Shown here: positions 14,751 to 28,585 of the stretch, one piece after another
Layout: each line of letters opens with the position of its first letter
Position numbering within the stretch: the first letter of the stretch is position 1
NCBI GenBank assembly: GCA_903813345.2
Contig: CAIIXF020000001.1
Coordinates: 24,490,001 to 24,554,000, forward strand
Origin: Owenia fusiformis
Lineage: Eukaryota
Direction: 5' to 3'
Length of the DNA stretch: 64,000 nt
Notes under the pieces: generated by a model
Databases searched by the model: none
What the model was told of the DNA's origin: nothing
The model's input: only the letters and a program-made list of their open reading frames with translations
Made by a program: the position numbers and the translations under genes

Positions 14751-16368
14751 TTTTATGTCACCACCAAAAGTGGTGACATATTGTTATGGTCTCCGTTTTT
14801 TTGCGACGGCGGTTGGCGTCCGGCGGTTGGTGGTTGGCGTCCGGCGGTTGGCGTCCGGCGTCTGTAACAATTTCTTACAACTTCCTATAACATAACAAAT
14901 ACTGTTTAGATTGACTTCAATTTTTTTCTAAATCATCTACATGTTCTCAGAAGTGCAAATCTGACTTTAGATTTGACATTTGACCTTCAATGACCTTCTC
15001 AAGGTCAAAAAGGTCTTTTTTCAACTTGCTTCCCATTGACTAAATTTTTTTTCAAAATCATCTACATGTTCTCAGAAATTCAAATCTGACTTTAGATTTG
15101 ACTTTAGATTTGACATTTGACCTTCAAATCTGACTTTAGATTTGACCTTCAATGACCTTCTCAAGGTCAAAAAGGTCTGTTTTCAACTTGCTTCAAATTG
15201 ACTAAATCTTTTTTTCAAAATCATCTACGTGTTCTCAGAAATTCAAATTTGACTTAAGATTTGACTTAAGATTTGACATTTGACCTTCAATGACCTTCTC
15301 AAGGTCAAAAAAGGTCAAAAAGGTCTGTTTTCAACTTGCTTCAAATTGACTAAAAAAAAATTTCAAAATCATCTACGTGTTCTCAGAAATTCAAATCTGA
15401 CTTTAGATTTGACTTAAGATTTGACATTTGACCTTCAATGACCTTCTCAAAGTCAAAAAAGGTCAAAAAGGTCTTTTTTCAACTTGCTTCAAATTGACTA
15501 AATTTTTTTTTCAAAATCATCTACATGTTATCAGAAATTCAAATTTGACTTTAGATTTGACATTTGACCTTCAATGACCTTCTCAATGTCAAAAAAGGTC
15601 AAAAAGGTATTTTTTCATCTTGCTTCAAATTGACTAAATTTTTTTTTCAAAATCATCTACATGTTCTCAGAAATTCAAATATGACTTAAGATTTGACTTT
15701 AGATTTGACATTTGACCTTCAATGACCTTCCCAAAGTCAAAAAAGGTCAAAAAGGTCTTTTTTCAACTTGCTTCAAATTGACTAATTCTTTTTTTCAAAA
15801 TCATCTACAGGTTCTCAGAAATTCAAATCTGACTTTAGATTTGACATTTCACCTTTAATGACCTTCTCAAGGTCAAAAAAGGTCAAAAAGGTATGTTTTC
15901 AACTTGCTTCAAATTGACCAAATTTTTTTTTCAAAATCATCTACATCTTTTCAGAAGTTCAAATTTGACTTTACAAGTTCTCAGAAGTTCAAATCTGACT
16001 TTAGATTTGACCTTTGACCTTCAAGGTCAAAAAGGTCTTTTTTCAACTTGCTTCAAATTTACTTAATTTTTTTTCAAAATCATCTACATGTTCTCAGAAG
16101 TTCAAATCTGACTTTAGATTTGACATTTGACCTTCAATGACCTTTTCAAGGTCAAAAAGGTCTTTTTTCAACTTGCTTCAAATTTACATAATTTTTTTTT
16201 CAAAATCATCTACATGTTCTCAGAAGTTCAAATCTGACTTTACATTTGACATTTGACCTTCAATGACCTTCTCAATGTCAAAAAAAGTCAAAGAGGTATT
16301 TTTTCAACTTGCTTTAGATTGACCAAATTGTTTTAGGTGGTGACATTTTGTCATGTTAATGCCTTGTT
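14751..16368 (+). mobile_element. Helentron-associated non-autonomous element (HINE/DINE-1-like) with an internal satellite array
   Basis: 5' T-run plus hairpin ATGTCACCAC-caaaa-GTGGTGACAT, (GGCGTCC/GGCGGTT) microsatellite, about 10 tandem 125-160 bp units, 3' subTIR GGTGGTGACAT and terminal ...GCCTTGTT; no TSD. Confidence 0.8.
14925..16330. repeat. Tandem array, about 10 copies of a 125-160 bp unit
   Basis: Unit start AAATCATCTAC near 14931, 15055, 15218, 15366, 15514, 15650, 15798, 15934, 16077 and 16203. Confidence 0.92.
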
Positions 16369-18232
16369 GTAATTTTAGGTGCACACAAAATTTGGATGAT
16401 TAACATGTTTGATAAGTGTTACTTATATATAGGCGTTACATGGTTCAAACTGGATACAAGAACATCACGTACTTATAGCCTACTAGTTCATGGTATGACT
16501 CCGGGATATGAAGAATCCGTAGCAAAATTTGAATCAATATTTAAAGGAGGTCGATATGTTTTGATTCTTTTAAGATTGACCGTTTTCAGAAAAAACGTCG
16601 GGTTTTGGGGTCAAAATATGTCTCTTATTACAAGGGGTCACAAATCGTTAATATATTTATTCGAACTTTTACACATTTAAGAGGGGATGTCTAATAATCT
16701 ATAAGAGACATATGCAATCAAACGCCTTACATTTGTCTTTTGACTTTATTTTTGCATATCCAGTTAGTCAAGGAAAAGCAATGAATCCTCCTTTATTGAT
16801 AGTTGACCCCTGACGATGACAGTCCATATCTCAAAACGTATTATGACAATATCTCCAGTTCTATTCAGTATTTTTACACCAAATTTTGAGATAATGTGAC
16901 AATCCTTACTAAAAATTGTATTTCAGTGATAAAATTCAAGGTATAGGTCCCGGGGTGGAGGTAATTTGCAGTTTTCCCCTCAAAACTGATCTTACTTTTC
17001 CGTCACGAAGGCTAACATTTTCCTCTTATATTCACGTCGGGAAAGGGTTGAAACTATTTACATCACCAAAATTGAAGAAATTCAAAATGTTGATGTGCTG
17101 ATTAAGTAATTTGTTTGTATTTTTAAGAATTTATAGTTGAGAAACCTAAAACATACACTCAAAATTTATTACATGTACTTTTTTGGAGCAATATGTCCTC
17201 CGAATTGTAATAAAAAGCAATACTGGACATGTGTGAGTATGTAAATATTAGGTCAAATATCGATGCGCTATATTATGTAACCAACTCCCTTATTAGGCGT
17301 CCTAGGAATTTCATTCCATAGACTATAATATATCGATGGAAATTGTACATTGAAACGTTCCCATCCTTAAATCAAATCTGTCAATATTAAGGTTAGGAAA
17401 CTAATTTAATTGTAATCGTGTTAAATATACTAATAAGGTATTCTGTTAGAAATTCATCATGTACTTATAAAATGGAAATAAATATAACACAACATAATAC
17501 ATCATTATTTACATAATAATCTCCCAAAGCCACCAGGTCTCATTTATAATTTAACAGCTTGCTGACAGAAGTTTACTTTGAAAATTAATCAAATAACAAA
17601 CTGACACCTACTGTATATTTAGCATGTACCATGGGAATTAATACTCAATATCATAAAAGTCATGGAGATGCAATAATCCGCCGACAATATGATCACATTT
17701 TACCGTGTGTTTTTGTAGTTTTGAAGCGTGTTCTCTTTCTGTTAAATGTTGGCAAGGCATTCCAAATAACTCTGCCCATGGTCAGAGTAGGGCATCATTT
17801 TAATGTTATGATAAATATACTTCTTGAGTTTTTCTCACGAAAATGTATAACATGAAATATGAATATTTTCTACACTATATGAAATTTTTTACATAATATA
17901 ATATGTTATGCGTAAAATACGTATAAAATATCAATTTATTTTGTACAAGGCTCCAGAAGTATGGAGTATGTATCTTAGATCTCCGGAATTAAACCCCATA
18001 TAGGTTGCAACACAATTGAATGATCTGTATTTTATTTCACAGAAATTGCCGAACTGAGGTTAGATCCGATTTCTTGTACTGGCCGATTTTTGGAAATATT
18101 TGGTACCATGCCATTGGATTTGTGGATTTACTCTTTCAACCTGAAATACTATGTGCAATCAGGTGGTGATATAATAGTTATGAACTTCTATGAACAATTT
18201 ACTTTGATTTTAGTACTACAATTGCATTCCAG

Positions 18233-18356
18233 GTACATTGTTATCGTCCACCCAATGCGTTCAAGGTCCTGGTGCACAATAGGTAGTGCAAAGAAGATTA
18301 TTGTGATAGTGTGGATTGCGTCATGTCTCCTGTCTGCTCCAGTTGCTTATGTTACT
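18233..18356 (+). CDS. GPCR coding exon 2 (ICL2, TM4)
   Basis: Acceptor ttgcattccag|G completes ERY, then YIVIVHPMRSRSWCT...VWIASCLLSAPVAYVT; donor GTAAGT at 18357 (phase 0). Confidence 0.93.
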
Positions 18357-19269
18357 GTAAGTTACATTTTTCACACAATAGAGAGATTTCGCAACACACT
18401 TATAGCGTGTTTCTAAATGGCTTTTGTTTATAACTTATAAAGTGTTTGTACCACGTTATCATTTGAGACGCAGTTCTATCCATTCATAAGGAGATATCGC
18501 TTAGAAAAAGGTTGTTTATAAGTGAGTAAATACTTATCTCATTTAGACATAATTCTTGATTTCAACAAATGTTCTGAAATATGAGACACTCGGATCCCTC
18601 TAGGGCCGGTCCAAAGTCCAAACACAACAATGTCCAGGGGGGGGGGCATTATCTGGGAAGTTTGGAGAATGTCCTAAAACCCTTCTGTCCTAATACCTAC
18701 ATATTAACTTGTTGCTGATAATATTGTAGATCATGCCAGATTTGTGACATGATGTGTTGTCCAAGTCAAACATGATTTCTAAAAATTTCACTCTTATGAG
18801 AAGAGGACATTAACAGCAGTTACTGTTAAAACAGACATTTGTAAAATTACGTTACCTTATAATGTGGTTTCGATCATTTGTTCAAAAGAAATCCAATTCT
18901 AAACTTCACAAATTTTACCCTGTCCCGCTATAGCATAATTGAGGTTACCATAGCAATCATAACTTCAGAAATATTCATTACCAGCATCTAAACGTTTTAC
19001 ATTTTTTGAGGGAATAAATGACCCATCAGTTACTCTGAAAATATTGTTGAAAACGAATAATTAACTATTAAGTTAGAGCATTTTTATCAGAACTTCTTGA
19101 TCGGCCCTTGTATATATATTGATCGATGATATATGTACATCTCTACGTATAAGAACATATTTTTGTGAATTTCAGTTCACTTGTACTTATAACGTATATC
19201 ATAAACATAATTTGTGCTTTTGCTTAGCGAAATCTCTCTAATATTTATTATGACAGCATTATTTTTCAC

Positions 19270-19713
19270 AGAGATACCTGCTTATTCCATAGTTAGCATG
19301 ATATTCATTGGATAACATGTGAAAATAAAAACGGTATTTTTGTAATCAGTGGTAAAATATGATATTTTTGACAAATTTTCACTTAACCATAGCATACGGT
19401 TTTTTAGCCATGACATACGACGTCGTATGCGATGGTTAATGGATTTTTGCTACTTCAGACTCAAAACGAGGCTAAGTGTCAACATCGCCGGATCGTTTGG
19501 AAAATTCGAATTAAATGACTTAATTTCCGACAATTCTGATGATGACTTTAACTATGGAATAAAAAGAACATCCTATGATTTACTCGTGATATGATTTTAA
19601 TCCACTCATGGATATTGATATCTGCACTCTCTCGCTACGCTCGCTCGTGCAGATATCATATCCATTCGTGGATAAAAATCATATCACTCATAAATCATAG
19701 GATATCCTCTATT
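19270..19713. mobile_element. Crypton-like non-autonomous element with a long terminal hairpin
   Basis: About 140-bp hairpin at 19570-19710 centred on CTCGCTACGCTCGCTC; the same end occurs at 61797-61900 next to DUF3504-like coding remnants. Left boundary is a guess. Confidence 0.45.
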
Positions 19714-19903
19714 TATCCCATGCATATGCTGATACAAGTGTAATAACCAGCATATTTAAAGTATTGATATCAATGTATAGTAGTATTTCAATGGTATTTA
19801 TCATTCCACGCATCGTACATGAGATTGATATAAACAATTAAGTTTACATATTTCACATTACAACCAGAAAAAACGAATAAAACACCAAACTTATTCGCTG
19901 CAA

Positions 19904-20628
19904 AGGATTGGTATCGATATGAAGAACTGAATTAAACCAATTATTGAAAACCTTCTGTAAAAAAACACGGTCCTTTAATCCTTTATGTAATGTTGACTGA
20001 TTGACAACAATTTAATGCGAAAATAATTTATATATATTCATACTGTTTTTGTTAATATTTTTTTTCGTTTTTTAGTGCAATTGTTTTTTGTTCCTTCTTA
20101 CCGGCCATTTCTTGAGAATGAAAAAAGATATCTTCCCGAAGCTTGTTTGAACAAAATAGCATATACAACATTTTCTTAGACTTCCCAATATTATAGTTGT
20201 ACATAATAGGAAATGTAAGTTGATTTAACAAAAAGTATTCAAAAAATTAAAACTAAAACCCCCGAAATAGATAAAAACTAAGATAAACCTTAAATTTCAT
20301 TAACAAGATACTTCTTTTAAATCAACCAAACTTTCCTTTGTATAATTACAATAGTGAGAGACATGAACACGTTTTGTTTATGTCATTTTGTTCCAATAGA
20401 GATTCGGATAGATGTTTTATTTCATTCCGAACATATGATACCAAGAACAAAAAAGAAGTGCCCGATGTGTTTTCTAAAACAATATACAGAAAAGTATATA
20501 TCAAATTATATTGTTACCATTCAAAAGATTACCATTAAATTGACAATGTGTAAAATGTTCAGAATTTTTTGATGACTGGTTTAAGAGAAACGTGTGTTCA
20601 AAAAGTTCACCATATCGATACCCATCCT
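19904..20628. mobile_element. Kolobok-like non-autonomous DNA transposon (insertion-free copy)
   Basis: TIRs AGGATTGGTATCGATATG.. / ..CATATCGATACCCATCCT; colinear with 40311-42365 once that copy's two inserts are removed. Confidence 0.75.
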
Positions 20629-21890
20629 TTGTAAACATGTTCAAACAATTTCCGACGAATTCAAACTGATCCCAACGGATGTAAACGCCCACAAAACGCA
20701 TCCATACGAACACCACCAACGATGTGCGACGTGCTGTCAAATCCTCATACTAATGGGAACGAATTTGACGCATGGCCTATTCGCAATCATATGAAAGCTG
20801 ACGGGGGACTGGGGCTTTAGTGATCGCATATCTATAAATTCATAGTAACCCGCCTATCAACACTCATCCGCAACACATACCTTGCTGGTATTGATATCAA
20901 CGCGTTAACAAAAATGACAAAATCATGATACTCAATGGATTTATTTTAATCCATTTAATTTGTTTGCCTCATTATATAAATATATTATGACAACTTAATA
21001 TTAATATTAATCAAATATTTGTCAGTTAGTCAGACATGGTTCATGGGCTCTAATTAAAATCTGGGTATTTTGCTAACATACTGAGGATAAGCAATGCAAA
21101 TGTAGTTTCCATATAAATCATTTGAGGCTCCAGCGTAGAAAGAGTGGTTCAATTATTCTTGGAAATGTAACTCGAGTGAAAGATTGTCGGATACAATAGT
21201 CGTGATCATTTATTTCATTTCCAGTTGATGGATAGGCCATAATATGAAAAGCAAGGAAGTAATGTTGAAATATTGATGGAAAATCTCAAACTACATTTAC
21301 CACATTTAATGATATGCAATGAATATTATGTTTGTGCAGTGATCCAAATCTCATAGAAGGGGAGTAAATGCCCTGTTGGCCTATACATTTATTCTTAAGC
21401 GAATGTAATGTAAGGTTTGCTCATTCAGACTATGTCATTTAGATTGCATTTCTTATCTTGATCTATAATTCAAGAATGTCACATTCAAGGTCATTGAAAA
21501 TGTTGATCTGTGGAAAAAAGAACGTTCCGGTCGTTTTAAAAAAACTACAAAAAATCCTACCGATCAGATACTACTTAATGAAAGTGATACATGTATCCCA
21601 TGCCCAAATATAGTTTTTCTTAACCACATATATAAATGCTTCAAATTTTCAGTTTACAATTTGAACGTTTTTGAAGTCGAGCTCTTATGAGCAATTCACA
21701 TTATTTACCTCTAATGTGGCACCTTCGTTATCGATAATGACATTCAGAGCCAAAAAGATCACCAATTTTCAAAAGGGCCATTGCAAAATCAAGTCCAGTC
21801 AATCGGAATTTCCACTCTATTTTTATGGGCCCATTTGAAAATTGAGTGATGATCAGATGTCATATCAACTTTCATAAATTGACCTTTCAG

Positions 21891-22114
21891 GGATTACGAG
21901 AGGATAAATTCTACAATGGCGACCAGAGACTAATAATGGCAGAATGTATTGACAGCTTGATGAACATGGAACGGTACATCTTTGCATGGTACCAATTGAT
22001 TGTAATGTTTGCTGTGCCGACATATATCATGGTATTTTGTTATGCCAGAGTGATATATGTACTCTGGATCAGTACGAAGGAGCTCGCCAAGATGACACAA
22101 AGGTCTCAACAAAG
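21891..22114 (+). CDS. GPCR coding exon 3 (ECL2, TM5)
   Basis: Acceptor gacctttcag|; GLREDKF...AEC...YQLIVMFAVPTYIMVFCYARVIYVLW...SQQ; donor AG|GTACAA at 22115 (phase 2). Confidence 0.9.
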
Positions 22115-22847
22115 GTACAATAACTTAATTATTAATTTTAATATATCTATGTGCATATTACGCATGAACTGACGAGTAAAGAATGTTTAAACCGATATAT
22201 GATTGCACATTCCAACCAAAAACCATCAGTTGTAAGAGTACAACAACAGTACAACTATAACAAGTCCTAGATCCCTGTTGAATCATTTCTGTTTAGAGAG
22301 CAATCCACACTTTATCCCGATCCGTACAATACTCATTTGTGACACCAATTATACATTATACTGCGAAAATCAATGATTATTAATCAATTAAACACAATAA
22401 ACATAATGCTATTAATTTTGATATAGTGTTCTTTCAGACAATGATTCGAGTTAATAATTTAATTGTTTGCTTCCCGTGGCTTTTCATTCTGGCCTTTAAG
22501 TGTTTCATTGCTCTAATATTTAATCATGAACTAGATTTTTAACGACCAAATGAGTTCATTCAAAGTAAAAATATCCCAAATCAAGAAACTGTTTAGTTTG
22601 TAAAACCTTGACCGTTGTCTGGTTTCCTTGTCTTGTTTACCAAAGTTTGACCACTAGGGCGATATCATAGAGGGCTATCCGGAAATACATAAATTGGTAA
22701 GATAGCTTCAAATTCAAAATAGTTTGCAGTGTATTTTTCAGATTCATGCCTCAGAAAGTCAACATGTCTTAGAGGGGACAGGGTTAAACCATAATGGATG
22801 TTGGCATATAGACACCATCCTGTTTGGCCTGAGAAATCTGACAAATA

Positions 22848-24686
22848 CAGGGTGGGCCAAAATAACCCCCCCCCCTAGCCGATATTCCTGATAAATATTT
22901 TAACATGTACACCAACAGTGATATATCATTTTAAAGATAATTTAATTTGCAACAAAATGGTATATAATAGAACAATTTTCAACAACCCTGGCTTGAGATA
23001 TAACCATTTATGTGACATGGGGGTCAAAAAACACCTTTTCAATTTTCGTCGACTTTGCGAACAATAGCCTATTTCTACCAAATTTTACTGTTCAGTTAAA
23101 AATTGCAACATTGTCATGAGTCTTTCATAATTGGATATTATATATTGTTTTCATTCAGTTTTTGAACCATGCATGCTCAATAAACATGAGTATGCTTATA
23201 AAACAAATTAATTTCTTCTTAAGTCTGTCCAAATATGGCTCAATAGACCCACCCCCAGGATCCATCCTCTGATCGGATTATTCGCTAAAGACGCGAAAGC
23301 CATTGGTATAATTGATGGATATCTGCGGAAGTACCATCGAACTCCTAATTATTTATTCTTTCAGTTTGTCTACATCCCTGATAGGCTAGTGATCTTCATA
23401 GACCAACTGTTCTAAATGCCCCAAGTACTATACATGTAATCAACAGGATAGACTCTATATATCAGTAAGCAAAAATAGTAGCATTTGCGATAAAAGGCTA
23501 CTCAAATCGAGATGTCATTTTTCTGAAAGGGTGGCAGTGTCCACTCGGTGTTTCCCAAAAAGGAAAGACCGTACAGGCCCTGTTTTTGTTGAACCAGGAG
23601 CAAAAATATACTCTGAATGTTAATGACATGAGGTGTTAAAAAGGACTCCTCAAAGATATTAAAAACATGTGAAAGAAATTTCATTTTCTGATAGGAAAGT
23701 GCTTCTTCACACAGGCCCAATGCTACCCTGGAGTTTTTGGAGATTCGAAATGACGCCATCTCTAGCCCGGACAAATGGTTTACTGGCAGTCCAGATGCCA
23801 ATAATGTTGATTACCATACCTGGGGGCATTAAGAAGAGTTGATATTTGAAGATACCCAGCCTATCAGGGATGTAGAGGAACTAAAAGAAAGAGTATCTAG
23901 CAGTTGAATGGTACTTCCGCATATATCCATCAATTATGCCATCAACCAATGGCTTCCGCGTCTTAAGCGAATAATCTGATCAGAGGCAGGGGCGGATCTG
24001 GGAACCAACAAGGGGGGGGGGGCCCATATTTCATGTCAGAGAAAAAAACGTCCGCACTTGCGCGGAAAAAAAATTTGGGCCCCTAAAACACAAAAGTGGG
24101 CCCAAATTTTGAAATTTTGAGGCCCATTTTCTTCAATATTTGGCCTGAATTTAAAAAATAAGGCCCAGTAATGATCAAAAAGGCCGACTTTTTGGGGGCC
24201 TTACATTTTTTGGCCCAAAAATTTTTTTGAACCCAATTTTTTTTCTGGGCCCACCCAAAGGGGGGGGGGGTCCCGGGCCCCCAGCCCCCCCCCCCTAATC
24301 CGCCAGTGAGAGGATGGGTCCGGGGGTGGGTCTGTTGAGCCATATTTGGAGAGAATGAAGAAGAAATTAATTTGTTTTATAAGCATATACATATTTATTG
24401 AGCATGCATGGTTCAAAAACTGAATGAAAACAATATATGATATCCAATTATGAAACACTCATGGCAATGTTGCAATTTTCAACCGAACAGTAAAATCTGG
24501 TAGAAATAGGCTATTGTTCGCAAAATCGATGAAAATTGAAAAGGTGTTTTTTGACCCCCATGTCACATAAATGGTTATATCTCAAGCCAGAGTTATATAC
24601 TATTTTTTTGCAAATTAAATTATCTTTAAAATGATATATCGCTGTTGGTGTACATGTTAAAAATGAATATTTTTTGGCCCACCCTG
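22848..24686. mobile_element. Tc1/mariner-type foldback element with about 600-bp inverted arms
   Basis: TA|CAGGGTGGGCCAAAA ... TTTTGGCCCACCCTG|TA; arms 22848-23440 and 23810-24686. Confidence 0.85.
23987..24308. mobile_element. GC-rich hAT-like MITE with a 5-bp TSD, nested in the foldback arm
   Basis: CAGGGGCGGAT ... ATCCGCCAGTG flanked by AGAGG on both sides; the opposite arm (about 23260-23278) retains the empty site. Confidence 0.8.
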
Positions 24687-25264
24687 TATATAAAACCATA
24701 ATTGAATGTGTCTTCAAAGTGAGGACTCATTTGGAAACGTTTAATGTATTGTAACATGTATGTTGGGATTGACTTCGCCATTTCTAGTTAATTTCCAGCA
24801 CACATAAATTAATCAAGGACGTGTGATTACCATCCTTGGCAACTTATCAGCATCACATTCACAATCGGCTTAACAACCTTAGCCTTATAAATGTGAACGT
24901 TAAAAGAGTCATGGTTGTCTCGATTTTGTTGATTAAGTCAACTAGATAAGCTATACAATGTTCATAGAGCAATGGATCCAATTTGAAGTCAGCGATATGA
25001 TTGAATGTGATATGACTATATATTTTATAAATCTTCCCTATTAGAATTTAATTTATAAATGTCTGACAAGTAATTGTGTAATCGATGGATATATACGGTT
25101 ACCTTGTCTTTAATGAGACAGACGACACGTTTTGAGTTAAAATTCTGTGAAATAAATCATTCTAACTCTAGGGAATATTATTTGAGAAAACCATAATTGT
25201 TTAGACAGTAAATGATTCAATGCCTGCCACAACATTGAATATGATGTGCATATTGCCATTATAG

Positions 25265-25376
25265 AGATAGCAGTCATCAAAGGCTTGTTCAGGCATCCAG
25301 TAACCACAGGGACAGTAGTGTCATTAAAAAGGCTGCCAAAGACCATAGTGCAGATATCCAAAATGCCCGTAAACAG
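25265..25376 (+). CDS. GPCR coding exon 4 (ICL3); not shown in the ORF track
   Basis: Acceptor ttgccattatag|A; reads (R)DSSHQRLVQASSNHRDSSVIKKAAKDHSADIQNARKQ; donor CAG|GTACAC at 25377. Phases 2 and 0 bridge exons 3 and 5 exactly and create the basic RKQ-VIKML entry into TM6. Confidence 0.82.
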
Positions 25377-26975
25377 GTACACTATGTGTTTTTCACACGG
25401 ATCTTTCGCCGTAGCAGCTTGCCTTCGTATGGTACTAGAAGACAGGTATTTGGTTTTTTGTGAAGCACGGCGCAGTACCTGGCAAACAAACACAACCACA
25501 CACCAAATGTATGATATCATAGAATATTATCTCTAGCGAATGATATAGTAAACCCTTATATTTGGATTAATGCTTGTATATGTTCCTGATAGATGGTGTA
25601 TAATATCAATACCATCCATAGTGCATGTCAATAGTACTCATTTGATGTAACAGTATATCATGCATATAATAAAGTCTTCATGGGCTTGCTAGAGAGAGGT
25701 CCATGATCTTTTATTTTCTGTATCTTTAATGTTCTAACATTTAACCGACTTAAACGTGAAATAGTAATGTGAACTCTATGTGTATGTAGACGTTTCATTT
25801 GATACATTGATTCTACTATGAAGTCACTATTGTGTTTGTTTACTATGGTATTGTATCCTTTAGCACACTTTTTTATTAGTTTTCTATCTCACTCTATAAC
25901 TAATGCTTAACAACTACATGTTCTATATGTATTGGCATTTCAATAATCTTTTGTTAATTGCGTTCTGTTGAACTTAACTATAGATGCATTCACCTTTTGC
26001 TCACAGCTATTTGTTGCGAAGAATAGTAGCTAATGTTAATAGTTGCTGAACAAATAGTCGAGGGAAGGGTACGATGCTAATAACACTCACTGCTATTTGT
26101 TTTTATTGTTAATTAAGGACTATCAGTGACGATATGGTGACGTTCGGCATTGTTGATCTTATATTTGGAAACTATGTCATGAAATTCTGTTCTGTGTTAT
26201 ACGGATTAAGAGAGTTAAAACACCATATGATAACCATTATCACGGTCTCTCATTGCATTTTCATGAGTCGACGGAAAGAAACATGCACACCTCGACATAA
26301 TTCTAAATTTACTTTTTCTGATTCTACTTGGGTACATAAAAAGATTTTGCGATCTCAAGTTCTACATCGGGATCTGTTTTGAAATTTGGCGCAAAATATG
26401 TACGTATATTTTAAATTTTATATTCCATCATCAATATGATTTATTCACCAAAATTGCAGGTCTTTGTGTATTCATTCCCTTTTCCATGTTTTATTGTGCT
26501 GATGACATCACATACTAAAAATATAGTAATAGTACCAGTAAGACTTATGGATTTATGTCGATTTACACTATGATGTAGACTCTGGGGAGAAATGTGAATT
26601 TTGGCAGCCATTTTGGTTCAAGCTCTAAGTAAATTTTTGCTTTTTTCCAATGGACAGTGACTGATACGGCTAAACCAAGTAAACTTCTGAAATGGAAAAT
26701 ACAGAAACCTTATTGAATGCATGGTGAGCTCACTTATGTGACTTCTTATTCAGTCATATAAATAGGGGATTGAGGGGCATGCGCTTTAAAACCCAGGAGT
26801 ATCTACCCCTGCGTCCGGAGTATGATGTTAATAGCTTAAATTGCTTCCCAGGGAATTGCATATGTTTAACAATACGTCTGAGTCTAGTATAGTGTCACAA
26901 AGTATATGGTCAACAAATTCGAGTTCTCACAACCCAGTCACAGAACATCATTTTTACACAGTTATTACAAGAGTA

Positions 26976-28585
26976 TATATGGGCATCACTAAAACCATCC
27001 ATGCTTCTAGTTGTATCATCATCCTGAATCCTGCTTATCAGAGTAATTAATTAAGATATCATATTGTATATGGTGTTATTATATTTTATGACATTTGCAT
27101 TGATTAATGGGATATTAATCCTCCTATATCCCACTAGTATGTCGATCAATCGCCCAGATTTTGATAAGGTGACAGCACAATATCGTTAATTCTTGATAAA
27201 TCTTGCACCCATTTCAGATTTACAGAGACCTTGTCGGTTGTCTGTTTATCTTGTTTACCATGTTGTAATGTTGAGATTCAGGTTGGGTGTTGACCTTTGG
27301 TATTGGTACATTCGATTCAATTTTATAAACAGGTCTCAATTGCCTTTGGAATTGACCTCAGAATGCTCGCTGTTTTTTTTTTTATTATTCTCTACAAGTT
27401 TCGATCGAGTAACTTAAATAGTATTACCGTGGTTTAGAAGTGATGATGTCGAACTGATGTTAATCTGAAATAAACGCCATCTCGGCACGATTTCAAATTT
27501 TACTTTGCGCATGTGCGAATCTGAGAGAGCACGTGTTCATGATTGCTCATGTGATTATACCCAGCAATTTGATTGGACATAATATACCGATGGGCGTGAT
27601 TCAAATAAATTATGTTCATGAGTACGAAACAATATAATCGTATTGTCAGATTGTGGAAGCTACTTTATCCCGTACTAGGACCATTTTGAAAAATGGCCGC
27701 CATTTTTACGTGTGTTATTTTACATTTTTTACTATAAACAACTTGGCTAGTGAGCAACCATTTTGAAAATGGTGGCCTTTCTTATGTGTGTTATTTTACG
27801 ATATTTGCTATATATTTTGTTTGTAAAATGCCAGCCATTTCTGTTCGATGGGATTCGCTACGCTTTGGCGTTGCCGTTGTTCTGGTTACTAGTGTACGTG
27901 CAGCCATCTTATATACCCATATATGGGCATCAATAAAACCATCCATGCTTCTAGTTGTATCATCATCCTGAATCCTGCTTATCAGAGTAATTAATTAAGA
28001 TATCATATTGTATATGATGTTATTATATTTTATGACATTTGCATTGATTAATGGGATATTAATCCTCCTATATCCCACTAGTATCTTGATCAATCGCCCA
28101 GATTTTGATAAGGTGACAGGACAATATCGTTTATTCATGATAAATCTTGCACCCATATCAGATTTACAGAGACCTTGTCGGTTGTCTGTTTATCTTGTTT
28201 ACCATGTTGTAATGTTGAGATTCGGGGTGGGTGTTGACCTTTGGTATTGGCTCATTCGATAACCAATTTTATAAACAGGTCTCAATTGCCATTGGAATTG
28301 ACCTCAGAATGCTCGCTGTTGTTTTATGATTATTCTTTACAAGTTTGGATCGAGTAACTTAAATAGTATTTCCGTGGTTTAGAAGTGATGATGTCGAACC
28401 GTGATGTTAATCTGAAATAAACGCCATCTCGGCACGATTTCAAATTTTACTTTGCGCATGTGCGGCTCTGAGAGAGTACGTGTTCATGATTGCTCATGTG
28501 ATTATATCCTGCAATTTGATTGGAAATCATATGCGATGGGCGTGATTCAAATGAATTATGTTCATGAGTACGAAAGAATATATAG
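26976..28585. repeat. Direct duplication of about 660 bp (26976-27636 and 27921-28585)
   Basis: Near-identical blocks starting ATATGGGCATCA.TAAAACCATCC and ending TTCATGAGTACGAAA.AATATA, separated by about 285 bp. Confidence 0.9.

Noticed and set aside
14925-16330. CRISPR-like array
   Set aside because: Units are contiguous tandem repeats without unique spacers; eukaryotic context, no cas genes.
16810-16842. Possible hammerhead core CTGACGA...AAAAC (and CTGATGA at about 34030)
   Set aside because: No GAAA and no stable stem II.
25246-25536. ORF-track 96-aa (+) and 127-aa (-) ORFs
   Set aside because: Shadows of GPCR exon 4, which is read in a different frame dictated by splice phases.
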